Notes under the pieces: model-generated
The model's input: the letters and a program-made list of their open reading frames with translations, nothing else
Databases searched by the model: none
Told to the model about the DNA's origin: nothing
Origin: Catajapyx aquilonaris
Lineage: Eukaryota
Length of the DNA: 64,000 nt
Assembly: GCA_000934665.2 (NCBI GenBank)
Contig: KZ538029.1
Location: forward strand, 1 to 64,000
Reading direction: 5' to 3'
Translations under genes and position numbers: made by a program
Part shown: positions 25,201 to 38,000 of the stretch, one piece after another
Layout: each line of letters opens with the position of its first letter
How positions within the stretch are numbered: position 1 is the first letter of the stretch

Positions 25201-26739
25201 CTTCATACTGCGATTGTTATTTGCTCCCTTAAAATGTATCCGTTGTCTTCAGTAGATTGTAACGGACCTCGGGTTCGCAACATTTTTTAAGTGTGTGTAC
25301 ATCTTGAATACTGATGATGTGTTGCGATGGGTGCGGCCAAGTAGCAAGCGAATGGTTGCTTAACTGAAGTCAGAATTCAATTACGCTGCATTACTTCAGC
25401 ATAAATTTTACATATACTTTACATACAAATTGATGATAGTCATATTTAATGCCTAAGCAGTGCCAGAGAAAGCCACTTTTGATGTCATTTGCATCAAACA
25501 TGGGTTCTGTGATTGAAATAATGCGTTTTGATGAAAAGAAATTACTTGGCTGATGTACTCATTCAGGTGCGAAAATCTGTCGGCAATGCAAAGTGTACGG
25601 AAAGTTGACCTCGGAACAACCCACTTACCCAATGGATCTGATCATGTCCCTTGCAATTAGCGCCAATAATGATGCTCCTTCTGCGGAGGCAGGAAAGTTC
25701 AGCAAGAGGCAAGTGTGAAAGTTACGACACAGTAAATGAGAGGTCAAGGTCAACATTTGCAGATCGAGACTGTTTCAAAGATGTGATGCTGAATATTTAA
25801 AAAAACAGTGGTATCAGTGGAGGGTTGACAGACCCCGAAAAAACCGTTCAAAGTGTGCTTCGTCATACATTAATACGATGCACATAAATCTGCGTATAGT
25901 ATGATATGGGGTGACTATACACAGTCCAAGGACATCTGCACCTTTTGTAATCCCGTCGCCGCAAGGGGTTTCCCAGGCTGCCCTCTCCAGTTGGACATGG
26001 GCATTCGGAGAGGACAGTGCATTTCGTCAGGAACACTTCCAGTAGTAGAAGAGTCTCTGGATTGATTCGGTGAGACTCATGTGACATCAAAATAATGGTT
26101 TTTTAACATGTACGACAGAAACTGTTTTCCTTGCAATTTTATATTGCACATGACACTTACCATGTATTGGTTCATATTCTATGTATTTATATCGCTAAAA
26201 GTGATGGAGACAATTTTGCATTTGGGTTCAATGCAAAATCCATCTTTTGGAGTAATATTAGTACATTAATAAGATTCCCTCCGAATATTTCATCAACAAT
26301 CAACATACATAATGAAAATAATATGATTTGTTGCAACTTGCAAGTAATATGTTCTAGCAATATGTAACTTAACGAAATGTGGCTCTCGGCAGGGGAGGGC
26401 TTATTGTTTAGGATTATGCAAAGCATATTGCCACTGACCTTTCTTCACATGCTGTCCTAATTCCTCCGGATTGATCATTGCGCAACGTACAATCAACCCA
26501 TCAGTGCAGTGAGCCCCCCACATGATATGACTGTTCATGGTATGTCCCAACCACCATCGTGAAATTATTATTAATATTTTTTGTTAATTAATTTTTTATT
26601 TGAGATGCTTGAGCGACACATCATATTTTTTTGATCATGTATTAGCTGCAATTTGTGGCACTTATGTTGCAACCAGATAATTGCCAGATTGTGATTTTAA
26701 TATCTTGATTTTTAATGTGTATAAATTCATAACTGCGTC

Positions 26740-27150
26740 ATTTGGCGGTCGTTGTAGTTCCCGCTGTTCCCGCCTGATGTCTCTGTGACTTCCCCGTCAA
26801 CAGATGGCAGCACGCGCTCCGTTTACACTTCCGAGTCCGTCCTCCACCGCGCATGCGCTTTGTCCAACGCTCGCTCCCTATTGGCGCCCCCACCACGTGT
26901 AAACAGCCTCCAGTGCCGCCATCTACCCGCGGGTCCTCCCAACCTCCCCTCTCCCATTCGTCCGACGTCCTCCTAGTCCGGCTGGCCGATACCCTTGAGA
27001 AAGTATGGATCAGCTGATCTCCGGTTATTAATCGGGGAGGCGGCAGCAGCGGTCGGGCAGTCTCAGCTAGTCAAGTGACCACTCGCCCCCGCCCCACACA
27101 CACCGGACACCGCATCGCAGGTCAACACTGGACACTCACAGGTACACACA
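26740..27150 (+). promoter_or_regulatory. GC-rich promoter and non-coding first exon of LYST
   Basis: CpG-rich island with AGATGGC motifs and a CACGTG E-box. Candidate donors at about 27121 and 27142 precede a long intron. Confidence 0.5.
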
Positions 27151-27227
27151 CCATTCAGAGGATAAATAGAACTGAAAAAGTGTTGGGGGGGGCTTCATTT
27201 GACAGGCGTTCTATGAACATGCTTCGA

Positions 27228-27700
27228 GCTAATGACCGGCCGTTTAGAGTTAACTGGCTGTTAGATGGTTAACCAGCAGTTAAGCGTTGACTGGCTGTTA
27301 GGGGGTTAACCAGCAGTTTAGAGTTAACTGGCTGTTAAGAGGTTAACCGGCCGTTAAGAGTTAACTGGCTGTTAAGAGGTTAACCGGCCGTTAAGAGTTA
27401 ACTGGCTGTTAGATGGTTAACCAGCAGTTTAGAGTTAACTGGCTGTTAGGGGGTTAACCAGCAGTTTAGAGTTAACTGGCTGTTAGGGGGTTAACCAGCA
27501 GTTTAGAGTTAACTGGCTGTTAAGAGGTTCACCGACCGTTAAAAGTTAACTGGCTGTTTGAGGGTTAACCAGCAGTTAAGTGTTAACTGGCTGTTAGGGG
27601 GTTAACCAGCAGTTTAGAGTTAACTGGCTGTTAAGAGGTTAACCGACCATTAAGAGTTAACTGGCTGTTAGATGGTTAACCGGCCGAGCAAGTTAATTGT
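27228..27700. repeat. Minisatellite, about 36-bp quasi-palindromic unit (gagttaactggctgttagggggttaaccagcagttta), about 13 copies
   Basis: Head-to-tail tandem copies are directly visible, with no spacers. Confidence 0.95.
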
Positions 27701-28035
27701 CATGTAACGACTCTGTTTATGAAGCATGCAGTTAACCGTACGCCACTGCTACCTGAACTGCGGTTTAAATTGTGTTCCGAAGCTGTTCTATTATCGCCAC
27801 GTGGCCTAATCCAGGGTTTGGCAAACTGTTTGGGTTGCGGAGTACTTTTCAGGTTACGGAACACTGCCATCGCCCCTATGCCAAAGGCAGGCATTTCATG
27901 CTGTTTTTATGTAACAGTCTTTTGTAAGTTAGGTGATGTTTTATCGCATGGCAAAAGAGCCCGAATTAATTCCTGCATTCTGTATAGCTTACGTTTTTGA
28001 TCTAAGCTTAATTTTTTCCTGTTGAAAGTCGTTAA

Positions 28036-28302
28036 CCCTTAACTACTTAGGTGGCCGAAACACCTTTAGTTACTTGCCTGAGAGGCTCCAACGGTATATT
28101 TAAATATCTGCTTATCAGATAAATTGTTATATTGGACTTTTCACCTTCAGATGATAATTATAGATTTCTGAAACGTGAAAATCGCACGATGAGTCAGCAT
28201 ATTCCGACAGAAAAACGGACCTTGTTTATTACTTCATTAAATAGCTACATCTCGTTTAAATAGGGGTTGGAGCCGCTCAGGCTCCACCTAAGTAGTTAAG
28301 GG
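28036..28302. mobile_element. piggyBac-type MITE
   Basis: Perfect 19-bp TIRs cccttaactacttaggtgg / ccacctaagtagttaaggg, TTAA target-site duplication, and an asymmetrically placed subterminal inverted repeat (gcctgagaggctccaac / gttggagccgctcaggc). Confidence 0.88.
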
Positions 28303-29031
28303 TTAAAATTTGGAACTTTGCAGATTGTATTTTCAGAACGTCAATAATTTCGCATGTAAATGTCTTTCGCATAAGAGAAATGACATATTCATCCAACACC
28401 TTCAGTAGGTACTACTAAATCGAATGGCAGCATAATGACGAGTAAGGTATTTTAAATTTAAGCGTACAGTTGTGTTTCATTCAAAATGTTATTTTGTCCG
28501 TTGTAATTACAGAGAAATAAGGCTGTAACTGCATACTTGGATAACAATAACAATTTTAAAAACCTTACCTAAAGCATAACATTCGAGAACAAAATTCAAA
28601 AATTGTAAATCAACAGTATGTTACCCACAGATAAATGGTGTTTAAAGTGATCGTTACAGTTGCGAAAGTGCGACTTTTCATTGCTTTGGCCCAAAACTTG
28701 ATTTTTCTTTTTTAAATGCTTGTATTGTTGGTGTCAGATATGAAATGAGAGACTTCAGCCATTAACTTCTTGAAAAATCTATTGTGCGTTTCAATCTCTC
28801 TGGGGAGCACTTGAAGACCCTTTGCAGACCACAGTTTGGGATCCGCTGGTCTTAATCTATCACATCGAAGGGCACAATGGATGTGAGTAGGACAGGGATG
28901 ATAACGGGACTTATCGCTTGTTTACATAAAATGCGATCACCACTTTTTTTTTGCTGCACCTGTTGCACCACAAGGTGTAGTATGTTTGATTGGTCAGTTT
29001 GCGTTTCAGTTGGAATGAGTCGCGTGACACA

Positions 29032-32000
29032 ATGGAGTCGGACGAACCCCTCAGCAGCCAGCCACAGCTTCAGGAGTACTGGGAGCAGGCGACCAGGAGG
29101 GATTCAACGACTTACCAGGTGCGGACGAAGCCAACCGTATAATTGAACACACTTTGTGATATGTGATTTGCATTTCTAGGAGAAGGGAGAATGGCTGGAT
29201 TGCTTCCTGATTAATTTTTTACTCGAATTGCACATGTCTGGTCGTCCACCAGAGGAAATTCTCTCGTTCAGGTAAAATTTACTGGCTTGTTATTTGAATT
29301 GTGTTTAAAACTGTGTCTTCATGAGCAGCTGTACCTCGGCTGTGATTGGCGTGTTGGGACAGCAGCTCTTAGAGGATGTCCGTGAGATTACGGAGCAGCT
29401 GGCCCAGCAGCCTGGAATTAGCAGCAACAACCCGCCAGTCCTCAGGGACTATTTCTTTCGTGGTCGGGGCTGGCGGATACTGGCCGCCCTGAAGCACCTC
29501 CGCCTGCAGAGGTCTGCCTATTCTCGAAAGGTAGTTTCAACCTGCGATGCAATCCGGAGCGTGATGTTAACCATTTTGTTATTAACAGGTGGCTCTCCTG
29601 CTGATATCACTTTACCATGTGTATGGTGAGCAATTAGGCGACTCCGAGAGCCAGTGTGATGAAGTTCCTTCTGCAGCCGAGTTTGCCCACGTCGCATCCC
29701 TTCCAACGCCAGAGAGCATAGCTTTAGCCGTGGCTGGAACTCCAAAGTCGACACCCAGCATTCCCAGACCACCGCAGCACCACCCGCGTGTGCGTTTCAC
29801 TAGTCAGTCCGTACCAACGAGCGACTCGGACGCATCCAGTGTGGAAGAAATGGATCGTCACGTGTCACGAAACTTGCTCCTAAAGGCAAACCCGGCTCCG
29901 GACAACTTTGCCTACTTCAGCGGGATAGTCAAGAGTGATGGGGAGGAAGTGGAACCTAGTCAGGAGATTGCAACTGCCAGAATTCCACCCTCGCTCAAAG
30001 GTTTGGATATGATTGTATACTCTCTTTTTTGGTTTTATCAAAGAGGCGTGTCTTCCAATAGGTGCTGCGATGGAGGTGGCTCAGTGCGGCCTGACCCGAC
30101 CGGAACTGTGCAGCCTCATGACGGATATACTCATGGGAGCCTGCTCGGAGGAGGCCACTTCCAATTCAGATAACACCTCAGGCGGCTTCTTGGGGGTCGC
30201 TCCGCAAGTGGTGGAGTTTGCGTCGCAGGTAGCCGTTGGTCATCCGGAGCTTATGGGACTCCTTCTGGTTGGTTCGTTTGCTCTTTTACGGCATCCGGAT
30301 TGCATTGCCACGTTGAACAAGACTGGTGTGGTGGGACTGATGGTGCAGGCGGTGCAGAAGCCAGACGAAGGAGGGATGCTTAAAGGGCTGTGGGCGTTTG
30401 CGGGGACGTTGCTCAAGTCAAGAACTTCATGGCAGTGCCCCAGGGACCTGATGGAGATCCTGAGACCTGTGTTTGCTACTCCGCATGTTACATGTGAGTT
30501 GGTTCGGTAGGCGTAACTGGCGTAACTTATAAAGTGTGTATGTTCCACCAGATCTGATGAACACCTGGCCAACGATGGATCCAAACGAATCAAAGTCTAT
30601 ACTCGGCTGGGTGTCCCATTGTGTCCAGTCACTAAAGGACATCCGTGGTGAAGCTCTCCATATGCTCGTGTGCCATAAATCACGCCATAAACGATGCGGA
30701 TGGACCCACCTGAGGCACCATCACGGCCAGGAGGATGCCTCCCCCTGCGCGGTTGGTCGCCTCACCCAGCTTCCACTGGCCATGGCCGCAACCGTCCAAG
30801 GGGATGTGCTTCTGGCGGCCTTGCAAACTCTCCAGCAGTGCAGCCTGTGCTGCTGTCTGCATCCAGATTCGGTGGTGCCACAGCTCCTGGATGTTGTGAG
30901 GAGGGAAGGAGCGTCCAGGGCAGTCCAGCTGTCTCTCCGGGTGCTGGAGAAATGCGTATATGGGAGAGGGGAAGAGGAAAAAGGATGCCAAGCGTGTGCG
31001 GACGGGAGGACTGGAAGGCGGGATGGTGTTAGCCACCTCAGCAGACAGGTAAGGCGGCTAGAGTGATGCCACAGAATACGACACTATCAAACGTGTGTGT
31101 TCCAGGCAAGTTGTGAAGTCGACAGCGCACTGTACACCAGCGATTCATCCGCTGCGGAGCTTCTCGATGGCCGACATTCCAAGTGGCGATGTGTGGCTGC
31201 ATACCGCCTACTGCTTGAAGACGACGAGTGTCCTTCCCACGGCACCATCATGCACCATCTTTTGGACGTCCTGGGTGCATGCAGAGAAGGCCTTCGTATT
31301 GAGATCTACTCTAGGGTGATCCAGCCTCTCTTTTTGACCTGTAAGAAGCGGTACCTCTCGTCGCTCTCGCCGACTGTGTCCACGGACTTGGACAAGGACA
31401 GTGTTGCCTGTTGTCTTGCCGCATTTGCGTTCCTGTTTGGCGAAGGGTGGTTTGCGGCTCATTTTTCTGATCACGGCGGCTTAGCACACTTGGTGGACCT
31501 GGTTGGGAAGGCGGAATTTTCGGTGGCTGTGTGTGAGGTGCTGGAAGCTATGGTGGGAGCCGAGGCGATAGGAAAAAGGAGCGCAGAGCAGGAGAACCAG
31601 AGCAGCGGAAGCAGCAGCAACGGCGACGGTGGGACGCCAGTGGCGTTACTGCTGTACGACTTGCTGCTGAGGAGCACGGACAAGTCTCAGGCCATCCTCC
31701 AGGCTTACCTGCATCAGGAGAAAGTGAGTTCGGCTGCCGTAATCGTAACAGGGTACATTACAAGTTCACTTACCGCAGGCACGTCAGTTCCTGGATTACG
31801 CCAGCCAGGTTCAGGTAAAGGAACGCATGGCATCCTCTGGCAACGAGAGTGGCGTGGAATCCACCTCATCCGCAATAGGCTCCAACTACGAATCGTCATA
31901 TGACGTGCTTTTGGGCAACGATGATCCGCCTATAAGCAAGTTGGACACTGTTAACAACAACAACAACAGCCAGAGTGAGGAAGAGGCGCTAGACAACAGC

Positions 32001-35000
32001 CAGTCCAGCGTCCAGCACGACAATGCGGATGTGTGCAGCCAAGGAAAGCTTCTCGAGGGGTTTGCGTCTCAGCTGGAGGAACAGATGGTGCTGCTTGGAG
32101 CCCTCTGGAGGACCTCCAGCCGAATGGTGTCGTTCTGCCCACCGTTCAGGACCCTGGTGCAGAGCAGGGGGTTGGGACCACAGGCCAGACAGGTCCTGTG
32201 CCTCTCGCTCAAAGTGCTGCTGATGCACAGCCAAAGTGAGTCTGTTAGCTACTGATCTACCGGCAGCTAGTACCAACATTTGCGCTCTTTCCGCAGGCTT
32301 AGCTCCAATGGGCCTGAAGCGATCGCTTCAAGACCAGCTCCTAAAGCTTTGCGAGCCGCTGTTGGCCGTAACTCTGATGATTCCAGAATCGACAAATGAC
32401 TTTTCCGAGGCTGTCAACCAACTGATGGAAAGCCTTGCCTTGATACTCCAAGGTCTGTGTCCGTTCATGGGGTTGGACGTACGCCATTTGGGAGATGTTT
32501 TTCTGAAGAGTTGTGTGCTGACTCAGAGCGGCCAAGTGCTGATTCAACATCGTGCAATGCCGCAGGTTAGATAATTTCAATTGTATGGATTTGAAGAGTA
32601 CTCACATTGTTATGAACAGGTTCCGTTGCTGATGTCGGACGTAACCTCGGACCTATCAAGCGACTGTAATGACTTCAGTTCGGAGGAGCACGATCCGTAC
32701 CTGACAGCAGAGGATGGTTACGATGCAGACGTTGAAATGATGGAACTCAGCAAAGACTCCACTCTGCCCGCAGCTTTGGAGGAGACTGATCCGCAATCTT
32801 CGGACTCCACGCCGCCCATCACCTTCCCGCAGGCATGCTCCACCTTGGTCCACATTCTGGTTCGTTACAACGAAACATTCTATGACACCATGGAGAAGAG
32901 GAGCGACGAGAACGTTTCATCGGACGCAAACGGATGGGAAGGGACTGAAGAAGAGGAGCACTTGCTGGCTCTCGTCAGCAACTTCCAGCGACTGGTCGTG
33001 TTGTGCAAGCACAGCCATTACAACTGCTCCCTTTTGTCCAGGGAAAGAGTGGTTGAGGCTCTGCTGGAAGGGTTTCCAGTCTTCTTCCATTCCTCCAATC
33101 CCAGATTCGCAGGTTGGCCATCTTCAGGATCTTCCTGGAGTGCAATTTTTACATTGCCGCTTTTTGTTGCAGATATTCAGAGATGCTTGCTTGAGCTGGT
33201 GACGCTGTTGACTCGGTGCAGCATCACTTCGAAGGAGCTGTCGCTCTACCTAGGGTTTTTCAAGGAGGATAATCCGCCTTTGGTATGCTGCTTTTCGTTC
33301 ATGTTTCGTGGCGGTCGTTAACCAGATTTTGGGCGTTTCAGACACAACTGTTGCTTCCACTGGTGAGTCTGGCCCGCTGGTGGCGCCAGCAGCCGTCCCA
33401 GGCCCTGGTCTTCCCAACCTCCCCGCTTCCGCCAGAGGAGTACCACCACAAGTGCAACCATCCTCGCACCCTCTCCGCCTCCCTTCCGATGGGCTGGAGC
33501 TGGGACTGGACTGATGACATGGCCATGGCCAGCTCAAAGGAGGGGAAGAAAGGCGTGCCCTGGTCTCACGGACGCTGTTCCGAGGCGGTGGAGAGAACGT
33601 CCAGGGGGATGAGGCAAAAGGGAGTCCCCTGCACGTGGGCCTTGGCCGCACTAGCTCTTCCGTTAGCGCCCAATCTGGCTTGGTCTCCTCGGAATCCTCA
33701 AGGGTTTTCCATCTCGCTATGGGCCCACGCTCTGAAGCACGAGGATCGGAAGTGTGACCTGGGCGGTGCCTCCACCGAGGGAGCGTCTCCCAACTCGAGA
33801 CGCACATATCCTGCGTCAGATTCGGTTCAAACTGGAATGGGTTCATCCGCAAGCCTACCCATTTCCCTGGATGACTGTCTCCATTTTGTGTCAATTGGTT
33901 GTGAGAATTTGATGCTGGAAGTGTGGTTCCATCAGGTGTTGGGTACGTACGTTTTGCACTGTTTGTCCAGGCGAGTGTTATTGGTCGATTAAACGTTGCA
34001 GAGGTGTTCGTTATAAGACTGACACGTTTGGAGGCTGCGAAGGTGAAAGTTCTGTCTCAGACGTTTATGGACTTCGGGACCACTCCCATCGGTTGGCATC
34101 ATTTCGCATTCAACTGCAAGGAAACAACGATGCAGAAGAAGAAAGCCACGTTCGAGGTAATGTAGCTTAATTATTTGGTGACGAGGATTCTTGTGCCGTA
34201 TCCTAATGTGATGGTTAGTATTCGTGACAGGAACTGTTGGATTTGTCTGTTTTAGATGACCATGATAGTGGACGGATGGATGGAGACCCATGCCACTTTG
34301 GAGTTCCCATGGGTATCTTCAAGCAAGAAGACCTCGATGACGCAGACCATCCTTCTAGGCCACACCGTCCTCGATTTTGGAAACGACTGCTCCTCAACTT
34401 CTGACAAATCTGCCGACTCCCCATCCCGTCCTTCCCAAACGACTTATTCCTGGCAGCTCGGCAACGTCTTGGTCTTCAAGGAGCACGTTTTCAACCGCAG
34501 ACGAGCCCTGTTTCTCCGCAGCTACGGACCAGACTGCTGCAACCTAACGCACTGCGACGCGGAAACCCTGATGCCGAACTTTGCATCTGTCGCATCCCAG
34601 GAGACGACTGTGTTCCTGGATGGCAACTTGGACCGAGAGGAGACCAACCTGAAAGCACTGCAAGACGCCTTGTTACTGGTGTACTCACCAGGCCAACCGG
34701 AAGTCATACTGTACTATCCGCATGTCTGCATCAGTACGGCAGGTAATTGGCCGTTATTGCGATGCGATCCTTGCGTTAATTGCGGTTTCGTTGAGCAGGC
34801 GTGCTGAGCGGCTTTCTGTCGGGAGGCCCTTCCTTCCGAGTAGTGAACATGGACCAGCGTTCCAGCCAGCATCAGCCCCTTCCTTTGCCTGCCTTGTGGC
34901 TGTCCAGATGCTCCATCAGGAGGAACGGTGGGCTTCCAACTGCTCTCAGTCCCCTCGGAGGAATCTCAGTCTTTTTGTTTCTCTTCGCCAGAGTAAATGG

Positions 35001-38000
35001 CATTTGCATGTTTTTTAAACTTTTTTTTCCGTCTTTATTATTTACAGCGGCTTAATTGTCGGGGAGGCATGCTAATATGGTTGGTTGTCCGCAGGTTGTT
35101 GAGATTGGAGTTTGCGAGGAGAATGAAGCACGTGCCCTTTACCTGCTGCTGAGGCTGGTTCAAAGTGACAATGAGTTGGCGGCACAGTTTGCGGCTCTTC
35201 AGGGTCACCAGCTTATCCAGCATGTGTTGGTTTCCTCGCATCATGCTGCCGGATACCACCACTTGAAGGTTACACTCGTTGAATCCGCAAATTGTTCCTT
35301 CCTAACTCCGGTGATTTCCAGGCGATTCTCGACTGCTGCCTGCACCAGCCGTTGATGCGATTTTACCCTGGCCAGAACAAGTTCCATCTTCTGCAACACT
35401 CGGAGGCACTTGTTGTGGATCCGCACCTTATGGCAGCTGCACTGAGGGACTGGTGGGCGTGGGACAAAGAGCACGAGAGCGACCACGATTATGCGGACGT
35501 TAAAGAGTGCGAGGACAGCGTTTTCGCTGCTCTGCTGCAAGGAATTCAGATTCTGCTGAGAGACTCGCATCCATTCCGGGAATTCAACCTGCTGCAGCTG
35601 AATCGAGCCAACTTTGTGCATCTGCTCATGCTCTACTGCAAGGTACGGCGACATAACCAAATCGTACGTACAGCTCATTACTCGTTGCTTCTATCCAGGA
35701 ACGTCTTCTGTATGAGGAGCGTAAATGTGGTCTGAGCCGCAAGGTGGCCACGCTGATCCTGGACCTTGTGCACAGCATGCTAGGCTCTCCGCCTGAGATA
35801 CTCCACCTGGCCTCTATCGCTCAGTGCCTCTTGCTGCTGCACAATGCTTCCCGCACCTTCGTCTCTCACGTGCGTTCCAGCTGCTACTACCTGCTGGCTA
35901 CAACCCCAGGCGAATCTGCCCACAGGAAGCCTCACCTTGGACTCAGGAAGCTGCCAAGTGGACTCATCGTGTCCAGTGAGTTACATATGATGTGATCCAA
36001 CCGGATATGACTGGAAAAGAATTGATTATTTCAGCTACCAACTCGCAGTCCAACATTTACGACTACTACTCGCCGAGTGATGAAGGTCCGCATTTGAATT
36101 TCAATGGAGAAGTCGACAGGACGGACTCAGCTAAGGCGAACCACGCACCTGCACCAAGCGGAGAACCTAATGAGATTACTACGAGCGTGATGCTTTCCTC
36201 GCCTGAATCGGGTTGGGTAGACCTCGCAGCGCTAATTGCTGAAAAGCAGGGGATGTCAGAACCTGCCAAGAATTCGGGCGACACGGAAAAGGATAGCGCA
36301 TCTGACGGCAGGAACGAAGAGGTTCCTTCGAGCGACACCCTCAACTGTCCGGATACTGAGCAGCTGGAAGAGCACATCAGACAGGAAATCAAACAACGTC
36401 ATGCGTCTGATAAAGTCGGGGAGGGAAGTCCGCAAGTGAAATGGCAGCTTGGATCGCACGACACCTCTTCCGAAATACAGGTATTTTTGCTTATTCTTCT
36501 AGTTCTAAACTGAGTGTTACTGTTGGCCTGTATTGATCAGAACGACTGGGAGGTTGTGGAGGATGTGGACATGGAAGAAGCTGCGTTGCGGCTGGAGGGT
36601 GAGAAGGGAAAGGACAGGAGCGAAAAGGAAACCCAGGTGGCGTCCCTGCTTCTCCAAGGATTCCTTCAGATCCTGGCCAACTCTGTCCTAATCGCTCCGG
36701 ACAACATGGCCCCGCAGATACTCAGCACCGTCATCAGTCCGCAATTCCTTATCGTAATGGCCAACAACGAATATGCAGCTGTCCGAGTCGCTGTCGTTAA
36801 GGTCAGCATCGATTGCACATAAAGCGAGTGTTTATCGTAGTTGATTTGGGCATGACTGCATTTTATAGTCTGTTAAATGCAAGTTTAAGTCGATTGCATT
36901 TTGCATGGCAGGCTGTGGATGCGTACCTGCAACGCTGCTCTGAGGACGAGTGGTTGGCCTGGACACACAAGTTGCAGGGCTTCCGATTGCTGGCCAATCA
37001 GTTGCATCAGTTTCCCGCCACCCCGGAACTGGCTGATGCTTGCATATCCCTCATGCTCTTGCGACCTTTTGACCTCAGTGAGGAGGCATCTGACCTCTCG
37101 GAGAATGACCATCTGTCTCTCTTCACCCAGAGTCCGAAGCAGATGGCCACGTTGCCTCTCATACTCACCCTTTTAGCCAAGGTTTGTTGCGAATGTATGA
37201 AGACATGAACTGCTTCTAACGATTTCCGTTGCAGTCGGTTGATGATCTGCCGCTGTGCCACAACCTTCTGGTGTTCTTGCGGGAGTTTCTGACCAAGCTT
37301 CCATTGGCCCTGGAGCCTGCCGTGAATGAAGCTGCTCTCCTGGAAGCGCTCCTGTCGACCCTCCTGGCCGTCAATCACTCCACTCCGCACCCTCTGGACG
37401 TGTGTGGGGCCTGCGATCAGGACGTACTGTACGACGACATGCACGCCATCATCCGCATAATTGCCTCCCACTCTGTTTCCGGGCAGGGGCAAAGCAGCTT
37501 TCAGGTAATTAAGCCGCTGGTTCTTCTCATAAAGAGCCGTCAACTGATTTTCCCTGTTGCAGGTGTTTCATGACATGCTGAATCTGCTGAGCTACCTGGA
37601 GCGCAGAGAGAGGCAGCAGTGCGGATGGGGCCAGAAGTGCACCACCGCAATTAGGGAGGCCAAGTGTGCCGCCTTCCACGGTGCCCTCTACCGCATTAAG
37701 GAGCTGGCTGCGGAGATCCCGGAGATGCTGAGCCGCTGGCATAGGCATGCCTCGTTCATTCTGTCAGGTCAGTGATTTCGGATGACCTTTTTTCCGCATC
37801 TGTTGCTGCTCTATATTTCACCTTCACATTTGTTCCGCTCTGCACCGCTGAATTTGCTGAATTTTATCGTAAAATTTCAGTACTGATTAGCCAAGTGTCG
37901 AAGGAAATCGCTTCATGATTTCATTTTGCTGTAATCCAACAGTTTAATTCTCAGGCGGACGCTTGAATTTGGGTAATGAATTTGAAAAGAGATATCATTA

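Noticed and set aside
25811..25868. Box C/D snoRNA-like segment on the minus strand (ATGACGA...CTGA)
   Set aside because: It is only 58 nt, the C box is imperfect, and I found no convincing terminal stem or rRNA-complementary guide.
27228..27700. CRISPR-like array of 36-bp palindromic repeats
   Set aside because: The units are contiguous with no unique spacers, there are no cas genes, and the context is a eukaryotic intron.
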